Source: Verrucomicrobiales bacterium
Lineage (GTDB): Bacteria; Verrucomicrobiota; Verrucomicrobiia; Limisphaerales; UBA9464
Assembly: GCA_040375265.1 (NCBI GenBank)
Contig: JBEISV010000003.1
Span: forward strand, 1-41,468
Length of the DNA stretch: 41,468 nt
Reading direction: 5' to 3'
Both the position numbers and the translations under genes were made by a program. Shown in pieces: positions 17,597 through 26,697 of this stretch. A model generated the notes under the pieces. It ran no database searches and was not told the origin of the DNA. It saw nothing but the letters and a program-made list of their open reading frames with translations. Within the stretch, counting starts at the first letter, position 1. Every line of letters starts with the position of its first letter.

Positions 17597-19966
17597 TCAC
17601 TGGCCGCCGAGCCGATCTTCCTCCTGCAATTGCCGGATCATGGCCGAGAGGGCGGACAGGGCGAATGGTTTGGCCAGATAGGAATCCATGCCTGCGGCCA
17701 GGCAACGTTCCCGATCGCCCGACATGGCGAGGGCCGTCACGCCCAAGATGCGCGTGCCCGCGATCCGCGGGTTGGTGTGGGCCCGGATACGGCGGGTCAG
17801 TTCCAAGCCGTCCATGCCAGGCATCTGCACGTCCGTCAGCGCGAGGGCAATCCGGTGGGTCTCGAGGCAGGTAAGTGCCGCCGGACCGCTGGCTGCGGTG
17901 TGGATCTTGAAGCCCTCTTCCTCCAGGAACTCGGCGACCAGGGTCCGGTTGATCCGGTTGTCATCCACCAGCAAGATTTCCCAGCCCGGGTCCGGACCGG
18001 CCGTTGCCGTTGCCGTTGCCGTGGCCGTTGCCGTTGCCGTTGCCGACGCGGGCGCGATCTCGGAGGGGCAGGCCCCCGCCGGCAGGCGCACGCAGAACTC
18101 GCTGCCCTGGCCCGGTTGGCTGGCCACGATGATCTCGCCGCCCTGCATCTCGGTGAAGTGCTTCACGATCGCGAGTCCCAGGCCCGAGCCGCCAAAGCTG
18201 CGGTTCAGCCCGGAGTCCAACTGGACGAACGGCTGGAAGATCTGTCCCAATTTCTCGGGCGCGATGCCGATGCCGGTATCCTTGACCCGCAGCTCCACCC
18301 AGGCCGCGTCGGCGGTGCGCCGCTGTGGGGTCACTGTCAGGTGGACTTCGCCGCCGGGCGACGTGAATTTCACCGCGTTGTTCAGCAGGTTCACGAGGAT
18401 CTGTTTCAAGCGCAGCGGATCCGCAATCACGGCGAGACCCAAGGGACCGGGCTCGAAAGATAGCCTGAGTTCCTTGCGCTGGGCATGCGGCGCGATCAGC
18501 CGCACGGCCCGTTCGGCAATCCCCAGCACGGGCACGGCCTCGAGGGATACCTTCATCGTGCCCGCCTCCAGCTTGGCGAGGTCCAGGACCTCGTCGATGA
18601 GATCCACGAGGTGCCGGCCACTTTCCTGGACGGAAAGAATCCGGGTGCGCTGGCGTTCGTTGAGAGATTCCGTGCGGCTGCCCAGCAGCATTTCGACGAG
18701 GGCGAGGATGGTTGTCAGCGGCGTTCGCAGTTCGTGGCTGATGCGGGCCAGGAATTCGTCCCGCACTTGCGCCGCCCGGGTCATCCCTGCATTGGCCTCC
18801 ATCAGTTGCCGGGTCCGTTGTTCCAAGGCCAGCTCCGTCGTCCGTCGGGCGGTGATGTCCGTGTGCGCCCCGACCGCCCGGAGCGCGCGCCCGTTAGCGT
18901 CACGCGCCACCATCTTGCCCCGGTCACTGATCCAGCGCCAGCTCCCGTCCCGGTGCCGCAATCGGAATTCGCTGCGGAATCTTGCTCCGCCTGGCCGGAG
19001 GAAGGCCTGAACCTCTGCCTGCACGCGCGGCCAATCGTCGGGGTGCACCCGGTCGGACCATGTTTCGAGACGGGCCGGCAATTCTTCGGCGTGATACCCG
19101 AGCATGCCCAGCCACTGGTCGGAATACGCGACCGTGCCCGACGTGATGTCCCAATCCCAAGTGCCCTCCTCGGTAGCCTGCAGCACGAGGGAAAGCTGCT
19201 CTTGGCTGCGCCGGATCATCTCCTCCTGGCGGTGGCGTTCGCTGTTGTCGCGGCAGGCGCATATCAGGTCGCCGGTGGGTGTGATCGTCAGGCTGATGTC
19301 CGCCGAGATTGAAGTCCCGTCCTTGCGCCGGCCCCGGGTGGCCCCGCTCCAGCGCCCGTGCTGGCCAAGCAGGGGGAATACCTCGGCCTCGATCCGGCGA
19401 ATTTCCTCCTCGTCGTAAAGTAGCCGCCACGATTGCCCCAGCAGTTCGGAGACCGTGTATCCATACATGACGGCATGGGCCGGGTTTATGTGGACAAAAA
19501 GGTCTTCCGCCAAAATGCCCAGCCCCTCCATGGAGGCCTCAAAGGCGCCCACCAACCGTTGCTCCAGGCTGCCGGGTTGGGTGCGTGCGGCGGAGGCCAT
19601 CACCGCCACGAGACGGGCTGGCACGACTCCGAATTGGGTGGGGCTTGAAAAAAATGTTATCTCAAAAGTCGCGCCGTCCTTGCGCCGGACGCGCCCCCGA
19701 AACGATCTCGGCTCCGGATTCCGCCGACAGTGGTCGGCGATGGTGTTCCAATCCTCGGCGATCATCACGTCGTGGACGGCAAGGGTGAGAAACTCCTCGG
19801 AGGAGTATCCCAGCAACGCGCAGCCCGCCTCGTTGGCGGCGAGAAACCGCCAGTCCGCCAAATCGTAAATCCACGCCGGCTCCGGAGAATTGCGGAGGTG
19901 CGTGATCGGCGCTGCGGCAATCGGTTCCGGCCCGGCTCCCACGTTCGACTGTTGGTTGCCCATCAT
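17597..19966 (-). CDS. Hybrid sensor histidine kinase (3 PAS, HisKA, HATPase, REC)
   Basis: Three PAS/PAC repeats. SHELRTPL, NLLNNAVKFT, DTGIGI, GSGLGL. C-terminal REC DVQMPGMDG...KP. Confidence 0.95.
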   Translation of the reverse strand: MMGNQQSNVGAGPEPIAAAPITHLRNSPEPAWIYDLADWRFLAANEAGCALLGYSSEEFLTLAVHDVMIAEDWNTIADHCRRNPEPRSFRGRVRRKDGATFEITFFSSPTQFGVVPARLVAVMASAARTQPGSLEQRLVGAFEASMEGLGILAEDLFVHINPAHAVMYGYTVSELLGQSWRLLYDEEEIRRIEAEVFPLLGQHGRWSGATRGRRKDGTSISADISLTITPTGDLICACRDNSERHRQEEMIRRSQEQLSLVLQATEEGTWDWDITSGTVAYSDQWLGMLGYHAEELPARLETWSDRVHPDDWPRVQAEVQAFLRPGGARFRSEFRLRHRDGSWRWISDRGKMVARDANGRALRAVGAHTDITARRTTELALEQRTRQLMEANAGMTRAAQVRDEFLARISHELRTPLTTILALVEMLLGSRTESLNERQRTRILSVQESGRHLVDLIDEVLDLAKLEAGTMKVSLEAVPVLGIAERAVRLIAPHAQRKELRLSFEPGPLGLAVIADPLRLKQILVNLLNNAVKFTSPGGEVHLTVTPQRRTADAAWVELRVKDTGIGIAPEKLGQIFQPFVQLDSGLNRSFGGSGLGLAIVKHFTEMQGGEIIVASQPGQGSEFCVRLPAGACPSEIAPASATATATATATATATAGPDPGWEILLVDDNRINRTLVAEFLEEEGFKIHTAASGPAALTCLETHRIALALTDVQMPGMDGLELTRRIRAHTNPRIAGTRILGVTALAMSGDRERCLAAGMDSYLAKPFALSALSAMIRQLQEEDRLGGQ
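18000..18045. repeat. Hexanucleotide tandem repeat (GCCGTT)x7 plus partial, one unit GCCGTG; encodes Ala-Thr linker
   Basis: Read directly. Translates as an (AT)n run between HATPase and REC of the hybrid kinase. Confidence 0.95.
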
Positions 19967-20620
19967 TGGTGATTGAGGCTAAGCCCGTCGATCCGGTGTT
20001 GACCCTGTTCGCAGGCTTGCCTGGCGGCGAGCTTGTGCGAGCAATGGTGGGGCGGAATCTTGGACTCCGCGCGGCGGCAAATGAATGGCGACATCCCCAT
20101 TGAGGAAGACTTTGTTCGGAACATTGAAAATGGGAAATACCTAACCGTGGCTATGCTTTCCGGTGGACGCATCCGGGCACCGCTACCGCCGATGTGGCCG
20201 ACCGGATTTTGTCGAAGTGCTGGCCGTGGGTGGGTGGACGCCCCGAAGCGACCTTGCCATTGGGGTGTTCATGATTGGCCGAGGCGCGTGAGCGGGCATC
20301 GCCGCTGCGGTTGGACCAACTGGGTCGCGGCTGAGACCGCGGGCGAATGCGTCTGGCATGGCCGGCAAGATTGGTTTGCCCGGGCGGGACTCTGTCCGGA
20401 TCACGCCGCGGGCGCGGTGAATCTGACGAAGTATCTGGGGCCCCCTCCATCTTGGAGCGCGACGCCCACGAAAGGGGGCGGCTGCCTTGGTCGAACTGGC
20501 TCGGGGCAGGGCATGAAAAACTGGTCTTGACGACGTCGAGATCCTTTGAGTTTAAGCGAGGCAACGCCGCTGGATGCGGCGGCCCTCCAAGATAGGCGGG
20601 CCGCACTTCGGCAAGTTGAC

Positions 20621-20824
20621 ATGGCCATGAAACAACAAACAGCAGCCCCACCTTTCCCTGACGATCGGTTGGTAACCAAGCAGGCGGTCGCCGCGGCGCT
20701 GGGAATTTCCCCGCGAACCGTGGAACGCCTGGCCGCGGGACGAAAACTTGAGCCGGTGCGTATCCTTGGGGCGGTGCGATTCCGCTGGTCGGACATTGTC
20801 CGGGTCATGCAGGCCGGCCTCTAG
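20621..20824 (+). CDS. Excisionase/AlpA-like (HTH_17) DNA-binding protein
   Basis: RLVTKQAVAAALGISPRTVERLAAGRKLEPVRILGAVRFRWSDI is a typical Xis-like winged HTH of about 67 aa. Confidence 0.85.
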   Translation: MAMKQQTAAPPFPDDRLVTKQAVAAALGISPRTVERLAAGRKLEPVRILGAVRFRWSDIVRVMQAGL

Positions 20825-21356
20825 AGCGTTTCCATAATTGCTGCCGCGTATGTTGGCGGACGCAATAAGTGGCCGGGCATGAAGGCGATTCTGGTCTCGG
20901 TGCGTGAGCGAATCCTCCAGCTCCACGAGCAAGGCAAAGCCACGGCGGAGATCGCGGTTCGCTTCGGCTATTGCGTTGCGGCCGTGCGCCGGGTGCGCCG
21001 GCACTTCAAGGGACTGCGGAACCATGGAGACCCGCACCCACTTCTGCGGCCGCAAGACGCAGCTGACGGAAACGCTCCAGAAGCGCATGATGAGGCGGCT
21101 GTCGCGGCATCCGGATGCCCCCTGGCCGGACCGGGGAGGGGGCGCGGCTGCAGTATTTGCCGCCCGACTTTCCGGACCTCAACCCGACCGGAAATCTGAG
21201 GAGCAAGGTTATGCGGGCGTTGAACGGCCAAGAATCCCGCACTGCCTGCCAATTGCTCAAGGCCGCAGGCGCCGCCTTTCCTCGCTCTCCCCGGCCGACT
21301 GCCACGGATTCTTCTTACGGGTTGGAAACGCTACGGGATTTATTTCAGCGGCCTAG
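20821..21356 (+). mobile_element. Internally deleted, frameshifted IS630-family remnant
   Basis: CTAG at both ends with degenerate inverted termini (12/19 match). Fragments in three frames: MKAILVSVRERILQL..AVRF, CGRKTQL..RHPDA, GARLQYLPPDFPDLNP (from the LPPYSPDLNPIE motif), DCHGFF. Confidence 0.82.
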
Positions 21357-21541
21357 CCGGCGGTCGGTTACCGCCAGACTCACGGTCCGGCCGCCGAGGC
21401 CCGCAGCCCAGCTCGGGTTCCTGCGCCGGCGAAGTCCGCGCCCATGGTCGGGATTGTTGCCGGACGGACATGCATCGAGGCAGAACTTAAAGCCCCGCAC
21501 TCCGTGGCGCCAACCCGCTGCGGATGGGGCAAACCGCCTCG

Positions 21542-21727
21542 TCAGGCCCGAGAGGATTGCTCGGCTGCCTGGATCAGCGCGACGATGGCCTCACGAAACG
21601 CAGGACCGATCCGTGGCCACGCATGGGCCACCCGCGCCCAATCTGGGTCCGCGGCCAGTTGTGCGTATATTTGTGCATACCTTCCTTGGCATGGGCAGCA
21701 AGGCAGTTGATCAGCAATACGTTGCAA
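21542..21727 (-). CDS. Small hypothetical ORF at att site
   Basis: DPDWARVAHAWPRIGPAFREAIVALI amphipathic segment next to the tRNA fragment. Start uncertain. Confidence 0.4.
   Translation of the reverse strand: MQRIADQLPCCPCQGRYAQIYAQLAADPDWARVAHAWPRIGPAFREAIVALIQAAEQSSRA
21660..21683 (+). repeat. Putative integrase arm-type site, copy 1
   Basis: TGTGCGTATATTTGTGCATACCTT. Internal 12-bp periodic GTGC repeat. 20/24 identical to 21902..21925. Confidence 0.55.
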
Positions 21728-21732
21728 CGGGT

Positions 21733-21764
21733 GGCCGCAGGTTCAAACCCTGCATCTCGCACCA
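21733..21764 (+). mobile_element. tRNA 3'-end fragment (att core; Val-like acceptor ...CGCACCA)
   Basis: T-arm GCAGG-TTCAAAC-CCTGC, acceptor strand ATCTCGC, discriminator A, CCA. No complementary 5' strand (GCGAGAT), D-arm or anticodon arm upstream. Confidence 0.85.
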
Positions 21765-21901
21765 TTTCCCCGACCCCGCCAAGTTGCGCCCCTGCGCGAC
21801 CATCCCCGTCAAACACGCTCATACCAAGGGCTTCGGGCGTTCCTGGGTTTTCCTTCGCGTCGCCCGCCGGCGACAGCTTGCGACCCGGCGCGCCTAAAAT
21901 C

Positions 21902-21925
21902 TGTGCGTGTTTTCGTGCACACCTT
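21902..21925 (+). repeat. Putative integrase arm-type site, copy 2
   Basis: TGTGCGTGTTTTCGTGCACACCTT. Direct repeat of 21660..21683. Confidence 0.5.
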
Positions 21926-22171
21926 GGGGCCGCGAAGAGTGGGGGCAGGGCGTTTGCCGTCTGCGCGAGCAGTAGCATGGCTTCGGTGGGATAAACCTTA
22001 CCCGTCAGCTTCGGGTCGCTGTGCCGCCGCGGGATGCCGTGGCCAGGCAATCGGTGTGAAGGGTTGTGGGCAAGGGTCTGAGTTGATCCGGCGTGGTTCG
22101 GCTCGCCCTGGGCGGCCTGTCCCCTGTTTCGAGGCTTGAACCGGCAATTGGTTTCCGGCGTTGCTCTCGGG

Positions 22172-25100
22172 ATGCTTCCGTTTTCCCGATTCGCCGCGGG
22201 CGTGCTCGTTTCAATGCTCGTTCGCGGCGCACTTACCCTCCACGCGGATACGGCCTGGATCTGGGCCGAAGGTCCCGGCAGCGCCTCCGCGTCGCACTTC
22301 CGCCGTGCCTTCGAGGTTCCAGCCAACCTCAAGGAGGGCGTGCTTTTCCTCACCTGCGACAACGGGGCGACGGTGTTCCTCGATGGCAAATCCGTGCTGA
22401 CCAACGCCGACTGGAATGAGCCAGTGAAGATCAATCTTACTGCGAAGCTGGGCGCCGGTAAGCACGAGTTCCGGATCGAGGGTCGCAACGAGGGCAATGT
22501 GGCCGGGTTGGTAGCGCGCCTGCGGCTGAAGACGGCGGACGGCAAGGAAACGCTCGTGGAGACCGACGCCTCGTGGGAGGCCACGGTGCCGGGCCGCAAC
22601 GATTGGAAGGCAGCGAAGATCGTCGGCAAGTATGGCGACGAACCGTGGGGTGACGCGCTTGCCGGTGCTGGCGTTCCGGCGGGGCCGCCGCGGGTCACCG
22701 CGGTGGAGGATATCCACGTCCGGCCCGGCTTCCGGGTGGAACTCGTCCACGCGGTGCCCAAATCGGACGAAGGCTCGTGGGTCAGCATGACCACCGATCC
22801 CAAGGGCCGCCTGATCGCGTGCGACCAAGGCGGAGGACTGTTCCGGTTGACCTTGCCGACCACCGGTTCGGGAACGCTGGCTGCGGTCGAGAAGCTGACC
22901 AACTCCGTCGGCGGCGCCCACGGTTTGCTTTACGCCTTCGACAGCCTCTACGTGATGGTGAACGAGCAGGGCGGGCGGCAGGGGCTTTGGCGCCTGCGCG
23001 ACACGAACGGCGACGACCAGTTTGACCAGGAAACATTGCTGCGCCGGATCGAGGGCGGGGGCGAGCATGGACCGCACGGCATCGTGCTTTCGCCGGACGG
23101 CAAGTCGCTCTACATGGCGATCGGCAACCACACCAAGCTGCCCGACCACATGGAGCTGTCGCGGGCTGCGCGGGCGTGGGATGAGGACCAGATCGTGACG
23201 CGGCTCTGGGACGCCAACGGGCACGCGCGGGGCATCCTCGCGCCGGGCGGCTACATCTGCCGCACCGATCCCGACGGCAAATCCTTCGAGTTGGTCAGCT
23301 ACGGTTACCGCAACGAATACGACGTCGCGTTCAACGCGTGGGGTGACCTCTTCACCTACGACTCCGACATGGAATGGGATGCGGGCACGCCGTGGTATCG
23401 CCCCACCCGCATCTGCATGGCGCCCAGCGGCAGCGATCTCGGTTGGCGTTCCGGGGCGGGGAAATGGCCCAGCTACTATCCGGACAGTTTGCCGGCGCTT
23501 GTGGACATCGGACCGGGCAGTCCCACCGGGGTGGTGTCGGGGCAGGGGGCGAAGTTTCCTGCCCGATATCAGCACGCAATCTTTGCCAACGATTGGACCT
23601 ACGGGACGATGTATGCGATCCACCTGACGCCGGAAGGCGCGGGTTACCGGGCGGAAAAGGAAGAATTCCTGAGCGGGCGACCACTGCCGTTGACCGACGT
23701 CCTGATCCATCCGCAGGACGGTGCGATGTATTTCGCCATTGGTGGCCGCGGCACCCAATCGGCGGTTTACCGGGTGACTTACACCGGCATGTCGAACACC
23801 GATCCGGCGCCCGCGCCGGCGATGCCGGTCCCCCACCGAGTTCGGCGGGATCTGGAGGCCCTGCACAACGAAGGCACCGGCGCGGCGGCGGTGGACCAAG
23901 CCTGGCCGCATTTGGCCAGCGAGGACCGGTGGATCCGTTACGCGGCGCGGGTGGCGATCGAACGTCAGCCGGCCAGCGCGTGGGCGGAGCGGGTGTTAGC
24001 CGAGACCCGGCCCTGGGCTGTCATCGAAGGCGCGTTGGCCTTGGCCCGTCTGGGTGGAACCGAGCACCGGGATCGCCTGCTGGAGCAGTTGAACCACCTC
24101 AATTTCCACAAGCTCGACGAGGCCGGCCGTTTGGCGTTGGTCCGCGCGTATCAGGTTCTCCTCATCCGTCGCGGATTGCCGGAAGGAGCCTTGCTGAAGG
24201 CGACCGTCCAGCGTCTGGACGCAGAATTTCCCTCGGGCAGCCGGCCGCTCAATCGCGAACTGACGGGAACGCTGATCAGGCTCGGCGCCCCGGGCGTGGT
24301 GCCCAAGGCCGTGGCCCTGATGCTGACCGCCAACGACGCCGACCTGCACTACGCCAGCGACGCGCTGCTGGAGCGTAACCGGGGCTATGCGAGCGCCTTT
24401 TCCCAGGCCGCCACCAGCCGGCCCAATCAGGAGCAGATCGCGTTCGCCTACCTTTTGCGGGAGGCCAAGACCGGTTGGACGCCGGCGCTGCGCAAGTCCT
24501 TCTTCAGCTGGTTTCCCCGAACGGCCCCGTGGCAGGGGGGGAACAGCTTCCGCGGATTCCTGGATAACATCCGCAAGGATGCCCTCGCGACGGTGACCGA
24601 CCCGGCCGAACGCGCCGGCTTGGACACGTTGTCCACCACCAAGGCGCCGGCGCCGGATTCGCAGTTCGCCAGCCCAAAAGGTCCCGGCAAGGCCTATTCG
24701 ACGGAGGAGGCCGTGACGTTGGCCAACGGCAAGATCAAGGCCCGTGATTTCGAGAGCGGCCGAGCGATGTTCCATTCCACGGGTTGCGCCGCGTGCCACC
24801 GCTTCAATGGGGCCGGCGGCAGCGTGGGGCCTGATCTGACCGGCGTGGCCGCGCGTTATACGCTCCGCGACTTGCTCGAAAACATCATCGAACCGTCGAA
24901 GGTGATTTCCGACCAGTATGGCTCCGAAGAAGTGGTGCTGGCCGATGGGTCCAGCCTAGTCGGGCGCGCCTATGCGGAGAACGGCCGGTTGGTGGTCACC
25001 GCCGACCCGCGGAATCCCGACGAGGCGAGTTCCGTTGCGCTGGACCAAGTGAAGTCCCGCAAACCGTATCCGGTCTCGCTGATGCCGGCCGGACTCGTCA

Positions 25101-25186
25101 ATGGGCTGAACGCCGACGAATTGCTGAACCTGCTGGCCTATCTACAGTCAGGCGGCGATCCGAAACACGCCGTGTTCCAGAAGTGA
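22172..25186 (+). CDS. PVC-type heme-binding protein (N-terminal jelly-roll, dehydrogenase-like beta-propeller, HEAT-like repeats, cytochrome c)
   Basis: Signal peptide. LTCDN..NADW jelly-roll. GEHGPHG, GYRNEYD, DSDMEWD propeller motifs. CAACH..GPDLT..IIEPS..SLMP cytochrome c. Start 22136 or 22172. Confidence 0.88.
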   Translation: MLPFSRFAAGVLVSMLVRGALTLHADTAWIWAEGPGSASASHFRRAFEVPANLKEGVLFLTCDNGATVFLDGKSVLTNADWNEPVKINLTAKLGAGKHEFRIEGRNEGNVAGLVARLRLKTADGKETLVETDASWEATVPGRNDWKAAKIVGKYGDEPWGDALAGAGVPAGPPRVTAVEDIHVRPGFRVELVHAVPKSDEGSWVSMTTDPKGRLIACDQGGGLFRLTLPTTGSGTLAAVEKLTNSVGGAHGLLYAFDSLYVMVNEQGGRQGLWRLRDTNGDDQFDQETLLRRIEGGGEHGPHGIVLSPDGKSLYMAIGNHTKLPDHMELSRAARAWDEDQIVTRLWDANGHARGILAPGGYICRTDPDGKSFELVSYGYRNEYDVAFNAWGDLFTYDSDMEWDAGTPWYRPTRICMAPSGSDLGWRSGAGKWPSYYPDSLPALVDIGPGSPTGVVSGQGAKFPARYQHAIFANDWTYGTMYAIHLTPEGAGYRAEKEEFLSGRPLPLTDVLIHPQDGAMYFAIGGRGTQSAVYRVTYTGMSNTDPAPAPAMPVPHRVRRDLEALHNEGTGAAAVDQAWPHLASEDRWIRYAARVAIERQPASAWAERVLAETRPWAVIEGALALARLGGTEHRDRLLEQLNHLNFHKLDEAGRLALVRAYQVLLIRRGLPEGALLKATVQRLDAEFPSGSRPLNRELTGTLIRLGAPGVVPKAVALMLTANDADLHYASDALLERNRGYASAFSQAATSRPNQEQIAFAYLLREAKTGWTPALRKSFFSWFPRTAPWQGGNSFRGFLDNIRKDALATVTDPAERAGLDTLSTTKAPAPDSQFASPKGPGKAYSTEEAVTLANGKIKARDFESGRAMFHSTGCAACHRFNGAGGSVGPDLTGVAARYTLRDLLENIIEPSKVISDQYGSEEVVLADGSSLVGRAYAENGRLVVTADPRNPDEASSVALDQVKSRKPYPVSLMPAGLVNGLNADELLNLLAYLQSGGDPKHAVFQK

Positions 25187-25193
25187 AGCCGGC

Positions 25194-26591
25194 TTATGGG
25201 GCCGGGCGGGGAGTCACGACCGGGGCCGGCTTGGCCGCGGATTCCTCGATGACGGGCTTCTGCTTGAACATTTGCAGGAACAGCGGGAGCCGGCGGACAT
25301 CGAAGAAGGAAACGTAGGCCATGAACGACAGCAGCAGGACGGCGAAGACGGTCGTGGCATACTCCTGGAAGCGGACGCTCACCCGGCGGCGCAGGATGAG
25401 TTCGTAGAGGGCCATGGTGATGTGGCCGCCGTCCAACACTGGAAGAGGCATGAGGTTCAGCAACGCCAGGTTGATGTTCAGCATCACCATGAAACTGAGG
25501 GCGAGCCGGTAGTCGGTCTGCACGTCCACGGCGAGCTTGCCGAGGATTCCGGCGGGCCCGCTCATGTCCTTGGGGCTGACGCCGGTTTGTTTCGGATGGA
25601 ACAGCGCCCAGAAGGTCTTGCCCATCATCCGCAACACGCCCTCGATCTGGTCGCGGGGAGTCGGGCCCGGCCGTTGAATTTCATAATGGCCGCCGGCAAA
25701 ACCGATGCCGATCCGGCCGCGCTTGGTTTCGGGGTCGAAGACGGGCGTGACTTGGAGCGTCTTCCGTTCGCCGGCCCGTTCGATGACGATTTCGCAGGCA
25801 CGCCCCTGGCCGCGGTTCACGATTTCGCTGAGGTGCTCCTGATTCAGGACATAAATCCCGTCAAAGGAGAGGATCTTGTCGCCGCTCAGGAGGCCGACCG
25901 CGGCTGCGGGCATGTTGGGCTGCACGAGGCCGATGACCGGCCGTTCCTGAGGTTCGAGGTCGAGCCACTTTAGCCCGAGGGCCTCCGACGTCTTGGTGGG
26001 GATGCCGACCGTCAGTCGTTCGGGCCCGCGCTCCAACGTGACCGCGATCACGTTGGTCAGGGCAGTGACCACTTCGAGGTTGATCTCCTGCCAGGACTTC
26101 ACCGGATGGCCGTTGATCGCCACAATCCGGTCGCCGCTCTTCACCCCGAGCTTGCCCTCGACCGAGTCCGGTTCCACCCGCCCGATGACTGAGGGATTGA
26201 CCAGCACCGGCAGCCCGATGGCCCAGACGATGGAGGCTAGCACGAGCGCGAACACCACATTCATGAACGGCCCGGCGACGGCCACGAGGATCTTCGTCAC
26301 CGGCGAAATGGGCGCCAACGGGGCGTCGGACTTACCCTCGATGGCTTCCGACGTGATCATTTGGGGCAGCTTCACGAAGCCGCCGGCAGGAATCCAACGG
26401 AGCGCCCATTCCACGCCGTGCCGGTCGAGCCAACTGACTATCTTCGGGCCGAAACCGATGGAAAAACCGTCGATCTTCATGCCGCGGCGGCGGGCCATCC
26501 AGAAATGGCCGTATTCGTGGACGAAGATGCTCGCGCCGAACAGCACGAGCACGGCCACCCCGACGTATATCCAGTTGAGAACAGTCTCCAT
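25194..26591 (-). CDS. rseP: RIP metalloprotease RseP (M50, two PDZ domains)
   Basis: HEYGH, FSIGFG, GGFVK, AGPFMN, NLMPLPVLDGG. Confidence 0.95.
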   Translation of the reverse strand: METVLNWIYVGVAVLVLFGASIFVHEYGHFWMARRRGMKIDGFSIGFGPKIVSWLDRHGVEWALRWIPAGGFVKLPQMITSEAIEGKSDAPLAPISPVTKILVAVAGPFMNVVFALVLASIVWAIGLPVLVNPSVIGRVEPDSVEGKLGVKSGDRIVAINGHPVKSWQEINLEVVTALTNVIAVTLERGPERLTVGIPTKTSEALGLKWLDLEPQERPVIGLVQPNMPAAAVGLLSGDKILSFDGIYVLNQEHLSEIVNRGQGRACEIVIERAGERKTLQVTPVFDPETKRGRIGIGFAGGHYEIQRPGPTPRDQIEGVLRMMGKTFWALFHPKQTGVSPKDMSGPAGILGKLAVDVQTDYRLALSFMVMLNINLALLNLMPLPVLDGGHITMALYELILRRRVSVRFQEYATTVFAVLLLSFMAYVSFFDVRRLPLFLQMFKQKPVIEESAAKPAPVVTPRPAP

Positions 26592-26697
26592 TTGCTAAGG
26601 GCAAGCTACGGTCGCCCGCCCGCTCTGGCAACGGACGAGGCGGGATGTTCAAAGGCGCCTCGCCCTTGGGGTTGCCGGCGAGCTGGCAAGTTTGGGT

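Noticed and set aside
19967-20620. ORFs 20033..20530 and 20151..20651 and a GAAA-tetraloop hairpin near 20464-20480
   Set aside because: The translations are not protein-like. I could not match an H-NOX, integrase or riboswitch consensus.
21690-21764. Complete tRNA gene
   Set aside because: No 5' acceptor strand, D-arm or anticodon stem. Only the 3' fragment is present.
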